Of a stretch of 64,000 nt of DNA, positions 50,810-62,933 are shown in pieces. This DNA comes from Epiperipatus broadwayi (lineage: Eukaryota > Animalia > Onychophora), in assembly GCA_028023455.1 (NCBI GenBank), contig JAQFVV010000006.1, positions 11,656,001-11,720,000 of the forward strand, in the 5' to 3' direction. A program made the position numbers and the translations under genes. Position 1 is the first letter of the stretch. Each line of letters starts with the position of its first letter. The notes below the pieces were generated by a model. That model had not been told where the DNA came from and searched no databases. It was given only the letters and a program-made list of their open reading frames with translations.

Positions 50810-51093
50810 AAATTAATTAGTAAATAGCATCACAGTTGTATATGCAAAGTTAAATATCCACAGACAAAATGTATTGATTTGCAGCCAACCAATCAAACTG
50901 GTTCTGCAGGCTGAATGTAAACAGTAGCAAACCTGTCCAAGCTACTGCTAATCAAAAGGAGCCTGGACAAGTCTGCTATTGTTTTCATTCAGCCTGCAGA
51001 ACCTGTCTGATTGGTTGCTGCAGATCAATACATTTTGGCTGTGAATTTAACTTTGTATATATAGCAGTGATCCCACTTACTAATTAATTTATA
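50810..51093. repeat. ~280-bp MITE-like hairpin
   Basis: aaaatgtattgatttgcagc-caaccaatca...gttctgcaggctgaatg pairs with cattcagcctgcagaac...tgattggttg-ctgcagatcaatacatttt. Loop ~50942-50965. Confidence 0.88.
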
Positions 51094-52639
51094 TTTATAT
51101 TAAACATTAAAAATATTAAATTTGTATATATATTAAGCTAGGAATATTCAGGAGTTAAAATAAAGAAAAACACCCCCCCCCCCCAAATCATTCCTATTTT
51201 GTACTCAAATATCAAATTCTTTGCAGTTGAAAAAGCTTTAGGAAATCATTTTATTCAACCATTTATAAAATTAACATATTTAGTAATAGTTTTTTTAAAT
51301 TGTATGATTTTAATTTGAAGCTCTTAATTGGCATGTTTGAATGTTGCAGTGCTTTCCCTGGTTAGGCGAGTAGCCTAATGATAGATTAGATATCTGGAGT
51401 TCAAGGTTCATGGGTAGCCCAGTGCGGTCACTTCCAATATTTGAGTTTCTTAAGAGTACCTGAGCAATAAACTGATTATTTTTAATGCTTCGGAGAATTT
51501 TAACAGTTTTGCCATGAATTAATTAAATGTGATAAGCGTTATAGTCTTGCTGTTAATGACCAACGTTGAAAGGAATAATATGTAATTGTGTAATTTTTTT
51601 TTAGCCGTTTCCTTTTTTTCATTATTGTTTATATTATAATTATCACTTGTTACTATTATAGCGATCTTTAAAAAATGTCTCTTCATTTTTTTGTTTTAAA
51701 AATGTTTGACATTAATTAAAAGTGATAAACTATTTTGTAATCCTGATTTACATAAACTAGCAAGATTCATAAGAAGAAAGTAAAAAGTTTTATTCATTTT
51801 TAAATTAAAATACTAGTCATATTTATTTATAAAGTGAAAGAAAAGTTAATTGAAAAACATGTGTTCAATATAATTACCTAATTTTTGTTTAGTTTTGTAA
51901 TATTAGAATTGTTCTGGCATGTAAAGCAAAATGTTTTCCAGAAGATTATAAAATAGTCTCTCAAAAAAGAAAAAAAAACTAATGTTTTATTCACTATATA
52001 ATTAAAGAAAATTTTAATTTTAAACAATAAAATAGTCTTTTCATATCTTTGATATTTGATTTTACATCTTTCTGCTGGTACTGAAATTCCCTGATAATCG
52101 TAAAATTTATTCTATATGCAATTTAACACACATATGTAGCACACATTTTCAATATTTATATAAAGTATGCAGACACACTGAAAATATAATTTATAAGTGT
52201 ATATTATATAAATTAGAATATCAACAATAATTGACAAAAGAATTAGCAGTTGTATAATTAATAAAATTAATACAGTATCTTTTTTTAAATGAAAAAAATA
52301 TACTTTTTTAAAAAAGGTAAAATCCTTACTTTTTTTTATTTTTAAAGTAGATAAGTAAATTATCTAAATTTTAAATGATTTTTTTTAAAAGACAAAAACT
52401 AAAACTTATTTCAGTATTTCCGAATTTTTTTTTGTTAATTTTTTTGATGAAAATTAATAACGAAATGGAATAGATACTTTATTGAAAAAGTTTATACTAG
52501 ATTTTTTTTTTTTTTTTGGTGATGTTTTGCAATTGGAGTGATTAACAATTGCATTCTGAACTAAAAAATTGTAATTTAGAAAATTAAATTTCTTTTTTTT
52601 TTTAATTTAATATTTTTTTTGAAATGCTTTAATTAAACA

Positions 52640-53113
52640 GGTTTAAGCTAACACACGTAAATTTTAATCGCGTAGATCTAGTTGTTAGTTAGCTTTTAAG
52701 AAGATAATAAATATCTGTGCATACACTTTGGCATAAAAATGGGTGTTCGAAAATCATTTGTAATCCGCTCATTGTGAGAGACTTTTTGGCCAAAAAATAA
52801 ATTATACAATTAAATCATCCTGCTTATTTATCCGATTTAGCTTCCTGCGATTTTTGGTTATTTCCAAAATTAAAAACTAAACTGAAAGGACGCAGATTTT
52901 GTATTATATCTGATATCCAAATTATGCGAGAAAGCTGCTCAACAGTATTCCTAAAAATGAGTTCTAGGTGCGCTTCCAGAAATGAGAACGCCATTTCAAT
53001 CAGTGTATAAATGCGCAAGGGGACTACTTTGAAGATGACAATAACCACTAGTGTACACTTCCTCATGTATATTTTATGAAGGTGCATTCTGGGAATTGTT
53101 GTTATACCTCATA
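52640..53113 (+). mobile_element. Internally deleted mariner element (transposase C-terminus)
   Basis: VRDFLAK...NHPAYLSDLASCDFWLFPKLKTKLKGRRF...CINAQGDYFE corresponds to HPPYSPDLAPCDF. Ends in a TIR-like ...tacctcaTA. 5' boundary approximate. Confidence 0.8.
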
Positions 53114-53673
53114 TGCTAATTGATTATACAGAGGCACCACATTTGTTAATTATATGCATTTTATCTGTCTCCTTTTAAAAATAAACCAAATAAAATATGT
53201 TTAGCATAAATAAGCTTCAAACTTATTCTGATTTAGGGTTCCTCTCACACCATTTCTTTGTAACTTTTTTGTTATAGTTTATAATTCTTAATTTGGCTGT
53301 TTTTCAATTGAGCTAGTAGAGGGTATTCATAGTAATAAAAGGTGTAATTCTCACGAATCTGCAATTTGTGAATATCTTCAGTGATTTAGCTAAAAAAAAA
53401 AACAAACAAATGTCAACATAAAAAATAATATTATCTTTAGAAAATTTATAGCGAAAATCAAACTGCTGACTTGTGAGATATTAGAAAGAAAACAGAAATA
53501 TGTTTTATTTTTATAAACTGAAATTTAATTAAATAAAAGCAATAAAAAAACAACTTCTCATATAGAGTAGATTATGAATGTAATTTTAATATTACAATTT
53601 TTTTTTTTTAATGTTCTGATACTACTATGAGTAATAAATGTTTTGAATTTTATATAATGATTTGTATTTTTAG

Positions 53674-53845
53674 GTTCATTAGTAATTTATTGGCATTACT
53701 TATTTGTAATAATGAGAAATTTGGTGCTCAGATACAGAAACATGTTAAAGAGCTCGTTGGGCATGAACTAAATCCTGCCCTTTATCCTATACTATTTGAT
53801 CAAATCAAAGTATTTGTAGAGAAGTTTTTTGATTCGCAAGGGCAG
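53674..53845 (+). CDS. NF1: Neurofibromin exon FISNLLALLICNNEKFGAQIQKHVKELVGHELNPALYPILFDQIKVFVEKFFDSQGQ
   Basis: tttag|g acceptor, cag|gtaagt donor. 172 nt, phase 2 to 0. Matches ELSPALYPMLF...KFFDSQGQ. Confidence 0.98.
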
Positions 53846-53923
53846 GTAAGTGAGTTTCAGAAATGATGCTTGTTTCACTTTACATTTCTTATTTAATCAT
53901 GTCTGATTACTTTCATTTTATAG

Positions 53924-54063
53924 GTGATTGTCTCTGAGACAAATACCCAGTTTATAGAGCACATCATTTTCATTATGAAGAATGTTTTAGAAAGCAAGAC
54001 TGATCACCCTTCGGAACACTTGGGCGTAACTAGTATTGAAGCAATGATGTTGGCCATAGTTAG
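53924..54063 (+). CDS. NF1: Neurofibromin exon VIVSETNTQFIEHIIFIMKNVLESKTDHPSEHLGVTSIEAMMLAIV(R)
   Basis: 78-nt upstream intron. tag|gtg acceptor, ag|gtaatt donor. 140 nt, phase 0 to 2. Confidence 0.98.
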
Positions 54064-54189
54064 GTAATTGATATGTTTGACTATAAAACAAAATTGCATA
54101 TATATATATATGTATACATATTTATTGAGGCATCACTCTAGTCCACCCTCTAATTCTTCAGCCATCCATATCATTGAAAAATGCGATGC

Positions 54190-54702
54190 GATAGGGTGGA
54201 TAGCTGAAGGAAGCTTGAAAGTCTGAGTTTAAATACCCTATATTATATCTAAACTCCAAGTATATAAATTGAATTTGAATATTACAAATTCAGCCTGTGA
54301 CCGCCTATCCCTTTTCTGTGTGTTTAAATGGACAAGATCGTATGCATGAGGGATCAGATTGACTTAAACTCAACATGGGCATGATAATAATATTGGCATT
54401 AACATGGGATTTGGACATTCCATCAGATTTTCAATGGTATGAATGGCTGAAGAATTGAGAGGGTGGAATAGATTGAAGCCTGTCCATTAAAGTATGAAGG
54501 TTTGCTATCTTAATATAAACCGAGCACTGATTATATATATATGTGTAGGAGATAATGATCTGGACCAACTCGTGATTGCTGGTTCAGCACGAAATATGTA
54601 AATTGGAGATCATTTATCTTTCACATGTGTGTGGTCATGTGTATTGGCTATATGAGAGAGAGTGGATAGCTGAAGAGAGCTTGAAAGTCTGTGTTCAAAT
54701 CC
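54190..54702 (+). mobile_element. Family D unit with HHR at 54557-54612 (core mutated)
   Basis: Terminal direct repeat ggatagctgaag..agcttgaaagtct..gtt.aaat. HHR gatctggaccaa-CTCGTGA-TTGCTG-gtt-CAGCAC-GAAA-TATGTAAA-ttgg-agatc. Short inverted piece at ~54130-54180. Confidence 0.8.
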
Positions 54703-55865
54703 TTTATAATATTAAAAAAATAACAACAACATTTTCATTTATTACTTATGAATCAATCACTTCCAAATATTTGCAAGATTTCAGTTCCCAGTCTTTAATC
54801 AATTATGATCTTTTTTAAAGGTGTAATAGCACTTATTTTAAAATGTATGATTGTACGTGTAAAAAAATTGAAAAAAGATATATCTTTAATTCAATTTATT
54901 AAGCATATAATAATGTGGTTTAATAATATCCAATCATAATACAGCATTTACAAGTTGGATGTTACTTTTTACATTCGCATACAAAATCTTGAAGTTTCAA
55001 ATTAAATATATCAATGTTTGAAACAACTTATTGTGCCATTTAGATATTCTTAAATCATGATTGAATGTTTATAGTTGTGATTATATCTTTTTATACAGAT
55101 AAATTATTGTTTTTTGTTGTTGTATAAAAAATTCTGTAAATTATCTTATCAATAAACTTTGATCCAACTTCTTTATCTAAAACAATTTTGCTTAAAAATA
55201 CCTTGTTGTTATAATCCTTTTTTGTCATAAGATACATTTTATTAATAGTGGATGTTTGTACATTGCTATATTTAAAAAATCATTTTCATCATGTTTTCCA
55301 AGCCACTTTCATGATATTTCATGATGAAAATCTGACATTTCACTATTCATTTTATTTAAAAGAAAACCCAGTATAAGAAGTGTATTATTTTTATTTTTTT
55401 TGAGTGAATGTGAATGAGTGAAATAAGCTCTCTTAATTTATTATTGATAACTGTATTTTTATTTTTTTAAAAATTTTATTGTTTATACTGTAATCTTAAT
55501 TTATATTTGCATATTGTACACATAAAAACATCTGTGTTATATATATATATACGTGTCAAAAAGTACCGCGTAAATGCAGTTCAGTAAATAATATGTATTC
55601 TATTGTAATCAAAGCATACCAACAAAACAAGCTATCATACATGATATTTGTTGTAAACAAAGGGATAGTGGATATTGCGGCTACTATATTTGGAAAGTAT
55701 ATGATTTTTGTCAAATAAACATAATAAATGCTTTCCTTTAATTTAAATGTATATTAGATGTGTTTAAATCAAATTACTTTTATCATTAGCAATAATGTTT
55801 TAAAGATCCTCTGTGATATTTATGATTATTTTATTTGGAATTTGTTATCCATTCATTTTATTTAG

Positions 55866-55929
55866 GTATGTCAGACATCTTGATACAGCTATTCATATCA
55901 AGACCAAGCTGTGCCAATTAGTCGAAGCT
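55866..55929 (+). CDS. NF1: Neurofibromin exon YVRHLDTAIHIKTKLCQLVEA
   Basis: tttag|g acceptor, gct|gtgagt donor. 64 nt, phase 2 to 0. Confidence 0.96.
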
Positions 55930-56010
55930 GTGAGTAGTTAATACCTCTCTTCCATCTTTTTTTTTCAGTAAAATGAGCATGATGTAATTTTTTAAAAATT
56001 TCTCTTAAAG

Positions 56011-56159
56011 ATGATGCAACGACGTGATGATTTAGCATTTCGACAAGAGATGAAATTTCGTAATAAATTGGTTGAGTATTTAACTGATTGGATTATGGGT
56101 AACTCTCATCAAGCAGCAACAGCGGCAGCTACTGCGGGGGATGTTTGCACTTTAACTAG
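56011..56159 (+). CDS. NF1: Neurofibromin exon MMQRRDDLAFRQEMKFRNKLVEYLTDWIMGNSHQAATAAATAGDVCTLT(R)
   Basis: 81-nt upstream intron. aag|atg acceptor, ag|gtaaat donor. 149 nt, phase 0 to 2. Confidence 0.98.
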
Positions 56160-56582
56160 GTAAATCTTTGCAGTTTTTTTAAATTTCAAGTTTTTTTTTT
56201 TGGTTTTTTGTTTTATTAGTTTAAAGTTAAATCATGTAAGATATTGTATCGATTTGACTTTTAAAATACAGCATATAAACAATTTAGCATTTTTTATTAA
56301 TACAGTTTTTATTATCCATCTTATATGTTAAATGAAATAAAATTGGAAGTTTTCAAGAAAACAGATAGTTGAAACATAGGAGACCGATAGTAAAACCGCT
56401 TTGTAGTAATAAATAAATAATTGTAATTTCTAAATATCTATAATTGCAAAGCAGAAGAAACTACCTCCTGCCGAATTTTGTAGCATGAAGATTTATGCAG
56501 TGTCAAAAACCAGTGAAAAGATAGAATGGTATCATTCTATCGTTGGGCTCTATTGTTATATAACATAAAGTTTTTGACTTGG

Positions 56583-56820
56583 TTTTTAAATTATACGGTG
56601 AATTTTGCCTATTGTTTTAATTTATATTCAGTTGTGCAATTACCATTGATATATTCAAATGACGAAGAACGAGTCTTACTTTTAACAACCTTTGAACATT
56701 AAGTGAAATAGTAGTTTTAATAATTGTTAAAAGTAAAATTCATTCTTCATATGTGAATTTCAGATTATTTAATCTACATAAATTAAAACAATAGACAAAA
56801 TTCACCGTATAATTTAAAAC
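56583..56820. repeat. Short inverted repeat (~45-bp arms, ~150-bp spacer)
   Basis: ttttaaattatacggtgaattttgcctattgttttaatttat vs ataaattaaaacaatagacaaaattcaccgtataatttaaaa. Confidence 0.75.
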
Positions 56821-59015
56821 TGACTCAAAGCAATTGAAACTACTTTGATAAAAGAGAGTGTTAAATTGTTTATATAGATATACATTAAAAGTAATTTTTA
56901 TTTCATAACTTAAAACAATGTTAGAGTCTTTCAGTTCAGTATTGTGAACTCTCACATTTATTGGACATGTATAAAAGGATTAGTTTCACATTCGTAATTT
57001 ACAAGCATACGAGAAAATGAAAGAGAAGTTTTAATATTATAGATTTAGTCTTTGAAAAATATATAAGTTAGTTGAAATGTCAGAAAAGATGGAATGGATT
57101 TATTAATGTTTTAGTAATAAAAATAAAATAAAATGAAGTTTTTAAAGAGAGATAAGTATGTATGTATGTATGTATATTTTTATGTATTATATTTCTGGAT
57201 TATTTAAAAGGAGAAAGTGATGATGATATAAATGTAATTCTTAATTATTTACATGCAGAAGAAATGGATGGACATAGGAGTAAAAGTATATTTATATTGC
57301 TTATTATTTAAAATTTACATATGAAAAAATGTTGAGAAAGTACAGGCGTCAATATTGGAGTTGTCATGGTATTGTATTAATTAAGGCAGTATTTGAAGTT
57401 AATAAGATTAATCTTAATAAAACAATAGATGGTATTATTCGTATGAAATAAATTTATATTTTATGCTAAAACTAATAAAAAAAAAACAACTGAGATGGGT
57501 TTTGTTTTTTCAACTTTTTATCAAACTCTGCTTCGTAGAGCAGTACAGCATGAAAACTGACCAAATCTTTTCAAATTATATGTACATTTTATTAATTAAA
57601 CTGAAATTTAATCAGTTGAGTTAGGACAAATTGCATTTGTTATAAAAAAACACACTAGAAGTCAAAGGGTATGAAGATTGTTGGAGCTCACAATATTATG
57701 TTGTAAAGTGACACGTTATTTTTAGAATAAATAAGTTACTAGGTTTAAGTATCTTTCCAAGTTAAGCCTAAGATGGTATTAGCAAGTTATATATTACTAT
57801 GATCTCAGTTGCGTACTAACTGCAAGTATGTTTGAACTTTTTTGGTGAGGAGATCGGTCAAATAATGCATTATGGGCTTTTCCTAGCCTACTTTTAATTA
57901 TTCTATTGATTACTCAAGCTAACTACAGATTGCTTCAATCTAGAATAAATTAATAGAATGGAACGTGAATATAAGTAGCATATAACAGAGGTAGAGATCA
58001 TACTATATAACTACTTGATTTAGATTTAGTGTGCGCATAAGCTCACACACAGATTCAATGCTCCTCTTTGACAAAGGCAATAACTAGATACTATTTCAGG
58101 GAGTTAATCAGCACTTACATCTAGTGTTTATTGATTACTTAAAAATTAGAATAGATGGCTCTGAATTAAAGTATGCATAAGAGAAGTGTATGATGCTTTG
58201 CTTGATATCCTGCATGGTCTTATATTACTATGGTATGGTCTTTAGATTATCTTCTTTTTATTTGTTTTCAAACAGTTATATATAATTTATGTTTATTAAT
58301 TGTAACATTGTTTTTAATAAACATTAAAGAAAAAATTAGTTCATTATTGTTTTTCATTTGCTTTTAAATCAAAAAGATATTTAATATCAATTTGTTTTAC
58401 TATATAGCAAGAAATTGCTAGGAAAAATGAAATTAAGCATTAGGTATATTTATATCTTTCAAATTTTAAACATTAAAAACCGAATATTAATTAATTCATA
58501 GTTTGAAAGTAACTTTGTTTTTGTTGACTGACATCATAAAACAATATGGATCACCTTTGCCTTATTGAGGTTTTTTTACATGGAGATTTTAATATACATT
58601 TATAAACCGTTCATGGCTGGAAGTTGATTTCCTTCTCTATGAGTACAATTATTTTAGTGTTTAATGATAATAGATTTACATTTATTCATAATTAATATAT
58701 GTTTAGTTAGAAGTACTTGAAAATGAGATTCTGTCTCTCTCTTGTGATAGAATATCTAAATTTGTACAGTATAATAGTCAATTTGAACATTAGGCATGTA
58801 GTAGATTCAAATTGTGAGATTAAGCATGGTCAGTAATGGTTGGCTTATATAAGAATACGCTGTAAGTGTGAATTCATTTATGTTTTTAAACTATTACTGG
58901 CGGGTGATTTCACGGAGACTTTAATATACATTTATAAACAAGGCATGACTGGAAGTTGATTTCCTGCTCTACAATTATGATTAAAACTAAAATTGTTATT
59001 TTTTATTTTATTTAG

Positions 59016-59132
59016 GGATCTTGATCAAGCATGCATGGAGGCTGTTGCAGCTTTGTTAAGAGGATTGCCTCTTCAACCCGAAGAGAATGATAGGGGAGAT
59101 TTAATGGAAGCCAAATCTCAACTTTTTCTTAA
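59016..59132 (+). CDS. NF1: Neurofibromin exon DLDQACMEAVAALLRGLPLQPEENDRGDLMEAKSQLFL(K)
   Basis: tttag|g acceptor, aa|gtaaga donor. 117 nt, phase 2 to 2. Confidence 0.98.
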
Positions 59133-61330
59133 GTAAGAATTGTATTTTTATATGTTTTTTTAAAATTCAATTTAGCTGATATCACTCTTTTTATTGTCTA
59201 TTATTATGGTATGTGTGAATGCTTACATTTAAATTGTAAATCAAAGTTAATGTTGCATAGGTTATTAAAATAATTAGATTTTGTAAATGTAATTTAAAGT
59301 TATTTAAATTAAATTATAAGTAAAAAAAAAAAAAGGGTATTTATTCAGTAAAGTTTTATGCATGCAATTTAGTAAATTATATTTATTTATTTATACAAAT
59401 GTGTAAAATCAAAAAAAATTATAAATCCTTTATGGTTATGATGTATTAAAATGTATTTTCTTTGATGTGATTATATATACAGAGCATTACTATATTTTTA
59501 CATTTCAATTTTCGTACACTTTTCAGGAACCAGTTAAGTAGTAATGATCAGCACCACCTGTATTTAAAAAAAAAAAGCATCTTTTTTACTTTAATTATGC
59601 CAGTGTTAGTTTATTATTAAATAAATAATTATTAACTTTTTCAGAATACAGTATTTTTTACTAGAGTTGCTTTTTTCTGTCAGAATTTTAATAATAGTTT
59701 TTTTTTATATGGAAGGCCATTTTAATTGTTTAGTAACAATTTACATCCGAAATTTTTAGTGAACTATGTCATTTGGTATTACTTCCATTTCTCTTATCAT
59801 TTTATAGATATAGATGATAACTAAGCCATTTTGAATAATATGTATTATATTTTGTATGTATGTTTTTTTTTTTAAATTTCTGTTTAATAGTTAAAACTAG
59901 TATACAAATTATTTATTTAATGTATTTTCAAAGAAAAATATAATGATAGTGGAGGTCAAAGTAATTTTTAAATAAAAAATAAATTAAAAACGAGTCTGTA
60001 TGCAAAATATTCTACCTGATGGCAAGTAAAATAATTAAGCAACAGAGTTTGATGACCAGAAAAAAATTTGTGATCATTATTACCATTAATTTATAATTGC
60101 CTGCCATCTTCTTAATATTTTAGTAAGGCCTATAAATCATTTGAAATTTAAATTTTATCAATCACACTTTTAATTAAAAATTCAAAACATTAAAAGTGTA
60201 AAAATAATAGAAATTAAGAAAGCTAACGAGAGAAATAACACATATTTAGAAATAAAGACTAATAACAATAAAATAACGGAAGTATAAACAAAATTATAAA
60301 TAAATTAAATAAGAAGCATAATAATTTGATAATAATAATAAACAAAAGAAAAAATCTATTGTGTTTTTAAAGAAAAGAACCATAAAAATTACAATCAATG
60401 ATAGTAATAATTATATTAATGGAATTTATGAAATAAATTGCAAAGAATGTTATTTTAAAAAATATCACAAATTAATATGTTGGAGAAACAAACTATTCAA
60501 TTAAAACAAAGTTAAAACAAGATAAATTAGATAAAAAGTCCCCTGACTTTATGCATGTTAAAAAAACTGACCATCAATTTGAAGATGAAAGTATAAAAAT
60601 GATATACTAATAATAAGAGAGAACGAAAGGTTAAAAAGGCTCTGATAATTGGAAAAATTCAGTCTAAAATGAATAACAATTTAGGTTCAAAAACGTTATT
60701 AGCTTAATTGTTTTTGGATTTTAATTTATAAATTATAAGATATTAAATGAAATAATAAAAGTTAAAAAATAAAATATTAAGAATTATATATATAATATTA
60801 TGTGTTTTCTCTCTCTTCTATTGTTTTTTATAGTAAAAAACAAAACATATATTTACATAAATATATATGAAGTAGTAAAACAAAATAAAATGTAAACATT
60901 TTTTTTTCTTTATAAGTTATTAAATATTCGAAGGCAGTACATTTTAATTTATTTAAATGTTGCATATAATTTGTTATATTATCTATCATTTAGTACTAGA
61001 TATTTAAAATAATGTTATAAAATAATAATATATATATATTTTAAAAAATATGAAGATATAGATTGTCTGTAAAGAATTTAAAGTCAATCATTTAAATTTA
61101 ATTACAATTGTAAAGATATAAATTTAAAATTTATGAGATTTTTTGTATGTATAAAAAATTTATTTTGTTTGGTGTATATTTTGTTTGGTGTATATAATTT
61201 ATTGTGACTATATTATGTATATTACAGCTCTGAGAAAAACTAGTGATCAGTTGAAACTGTAAGCTATAAAGAGTTGCATTATATAAAGTGCATAAAGAAG
61301 AGATTTAATTAATATACATTTCAATCATTT

Positions 61331-62090
61331 ATTAAGAACACAGTAAATCTGTAATTAGAAAGAGAAAGGTTTTTAACCTTTTTTACATGCGCATTAAGCC
61401 AAATGATGTAGTTTTTACTATAGAGAGAACTCTTAAACCTCAACACAAGATAAGGACTTTATAAAGATAACAGCGGTCATTTTATCTTTAATCTAAATTC
61501 TTATTTATATTGGCCAATCTGAAGTATCTTGATTTGAGAGACGAAGATATTACTTCCTCCACATTTAATCCACTATTTCCTTTCACAAATTAACTTACGT
61601 GAAATCTTGTGATTTACAACGAATTAATATTTAAGATATTTTTAATGGAAATATAGAAAGTAATGTAATGTTCTGATAATTTAGTAAGCACACAGTAAGT
61701 CTATAACCCGTTCTCTTTCTAATTACAGACTTACTATGCGCTTAATAAATAATCAGAATGTTACATTATTTCTATATTTCCATTAAAAAGATTTTAAATA
61801 TTAACTTGCTGTAAATCACAAGATTTTGTGTGTTAATTTGTGAAAGGAAATAGTTGATTAAATGTGAAGAGAGTAATATCTTTACACTTTAAAATCAAGA
61901 TGCTTCAGATTGGCTTATATAAATCAGAATTTAGGTTAAAGATAAGATGGCTGCTCTTATTTTTATAAAGTCCCTATCTTGTGCTGAGGTTTCAGAGTTC
62001 GCTCTATAGTCAAAAACCACATTGTTTGGTTATTATACAAATGTTTAAGGCGCATGTGAAAAAGATTAAAAACCTTTCTCTTTCTAATTA
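61331..62090. repeat. ~360-bp unit with terminal direct repeat plus full inverted copy
   Basis: 61352-61702 is reverse-complementary to 61711-62090. Each arm begins and ends with the same motif (cacagtaa(a/g)tct; ttctctttctaatta). Confidence 0.85.
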
Positions 62091-62757
62091 ATATACCTTT
62101 GTAATATAGGCAAATGCTCTCATTAATTAAGCTAAACTTTGTTGGAGAATTTTAAGATGGATATTCGAAACAAAAATGTAATGGAAATTCAGTAACACTA
62201 TAATTTGATTCTTGTTTTCATTAATTTGACTTTAATATGTTTAAAATTATTTTAGAATGTAATTAAGTGATTAAATTGTTTGCATCATGCAATATTCTTA
62301 ATAGCATTCAATTCAACTTGACCTTACTTACTGGCTATATAAACTTGTTCAAATTATTATATAATCAATTTGTAGTTTATAAGCAAAAAGTTTCAATTTG
62401 AAAAAAGACAGCCCATGTTCTAAACAGTTGTTGTGAAAGTTATCACATGATCAATTTGACAGGAACTGGGGAATATAACATTTGAAGGCAGAAGCCAATA
62501 TTTATTTATATATATAATCCATCTAAATAGAATAATATTTTGGAGATAATCAGAATGTGAATTTAAACTTACATTTAAATACAACAATAGCATGCACAAT
62601 TTGTTTAAAATTTAAATTAATAACTAGGCTAATTTTTTGTTTGCTTGTTTTAATCTGTGGGAGATTTTTTTTTTTTTTAAGTTCATAGTTTACATGAATT
62701 TTAAAAAAAATAAAATTAATATTTGAAAACAATTATAATTATTGGGTTATGTTCCAG

Positions 62758-62933
62758 ATATTTTACTTTATTTATGAATTTGCTCAATGATTGTACTGAA
62801 GCAACCGAAGATAAAGATTCTTCTCGTCAGAGGGTCCACTCAGGAAAACTTAGTGCTTTGAGGACATGCACTATTCAGGCTATGTCTAATCTTCTAAGTG
62901 CCAACATTGATAGTGGATTAATGCATTCCATTA
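62758..62933 (+). CDS. NF1: Neurofibromin exon YFTLFMNLLNDCTEATEDKDSSRQRVHSGKLSALRTCTIQAMSNLLSANIDSGLMHSI
   Basis: ttccag|a acceptor, a|gtaagt donor. 176 nt, phase 2 to 1. Matches YFTLFMNLLNDC...AMSNLLNANVDSGLMHSI. Confidence 0.98.

Noticed and set aside
196-62732. Most ORFs in the supplied six-frame track as independent genes
   Set aside because: They are short, low-complexity (F/I/L/K/Y-rich) and lack recognisable domains. The meaningful ones are NF1 exon read-throughs or transposon debris.
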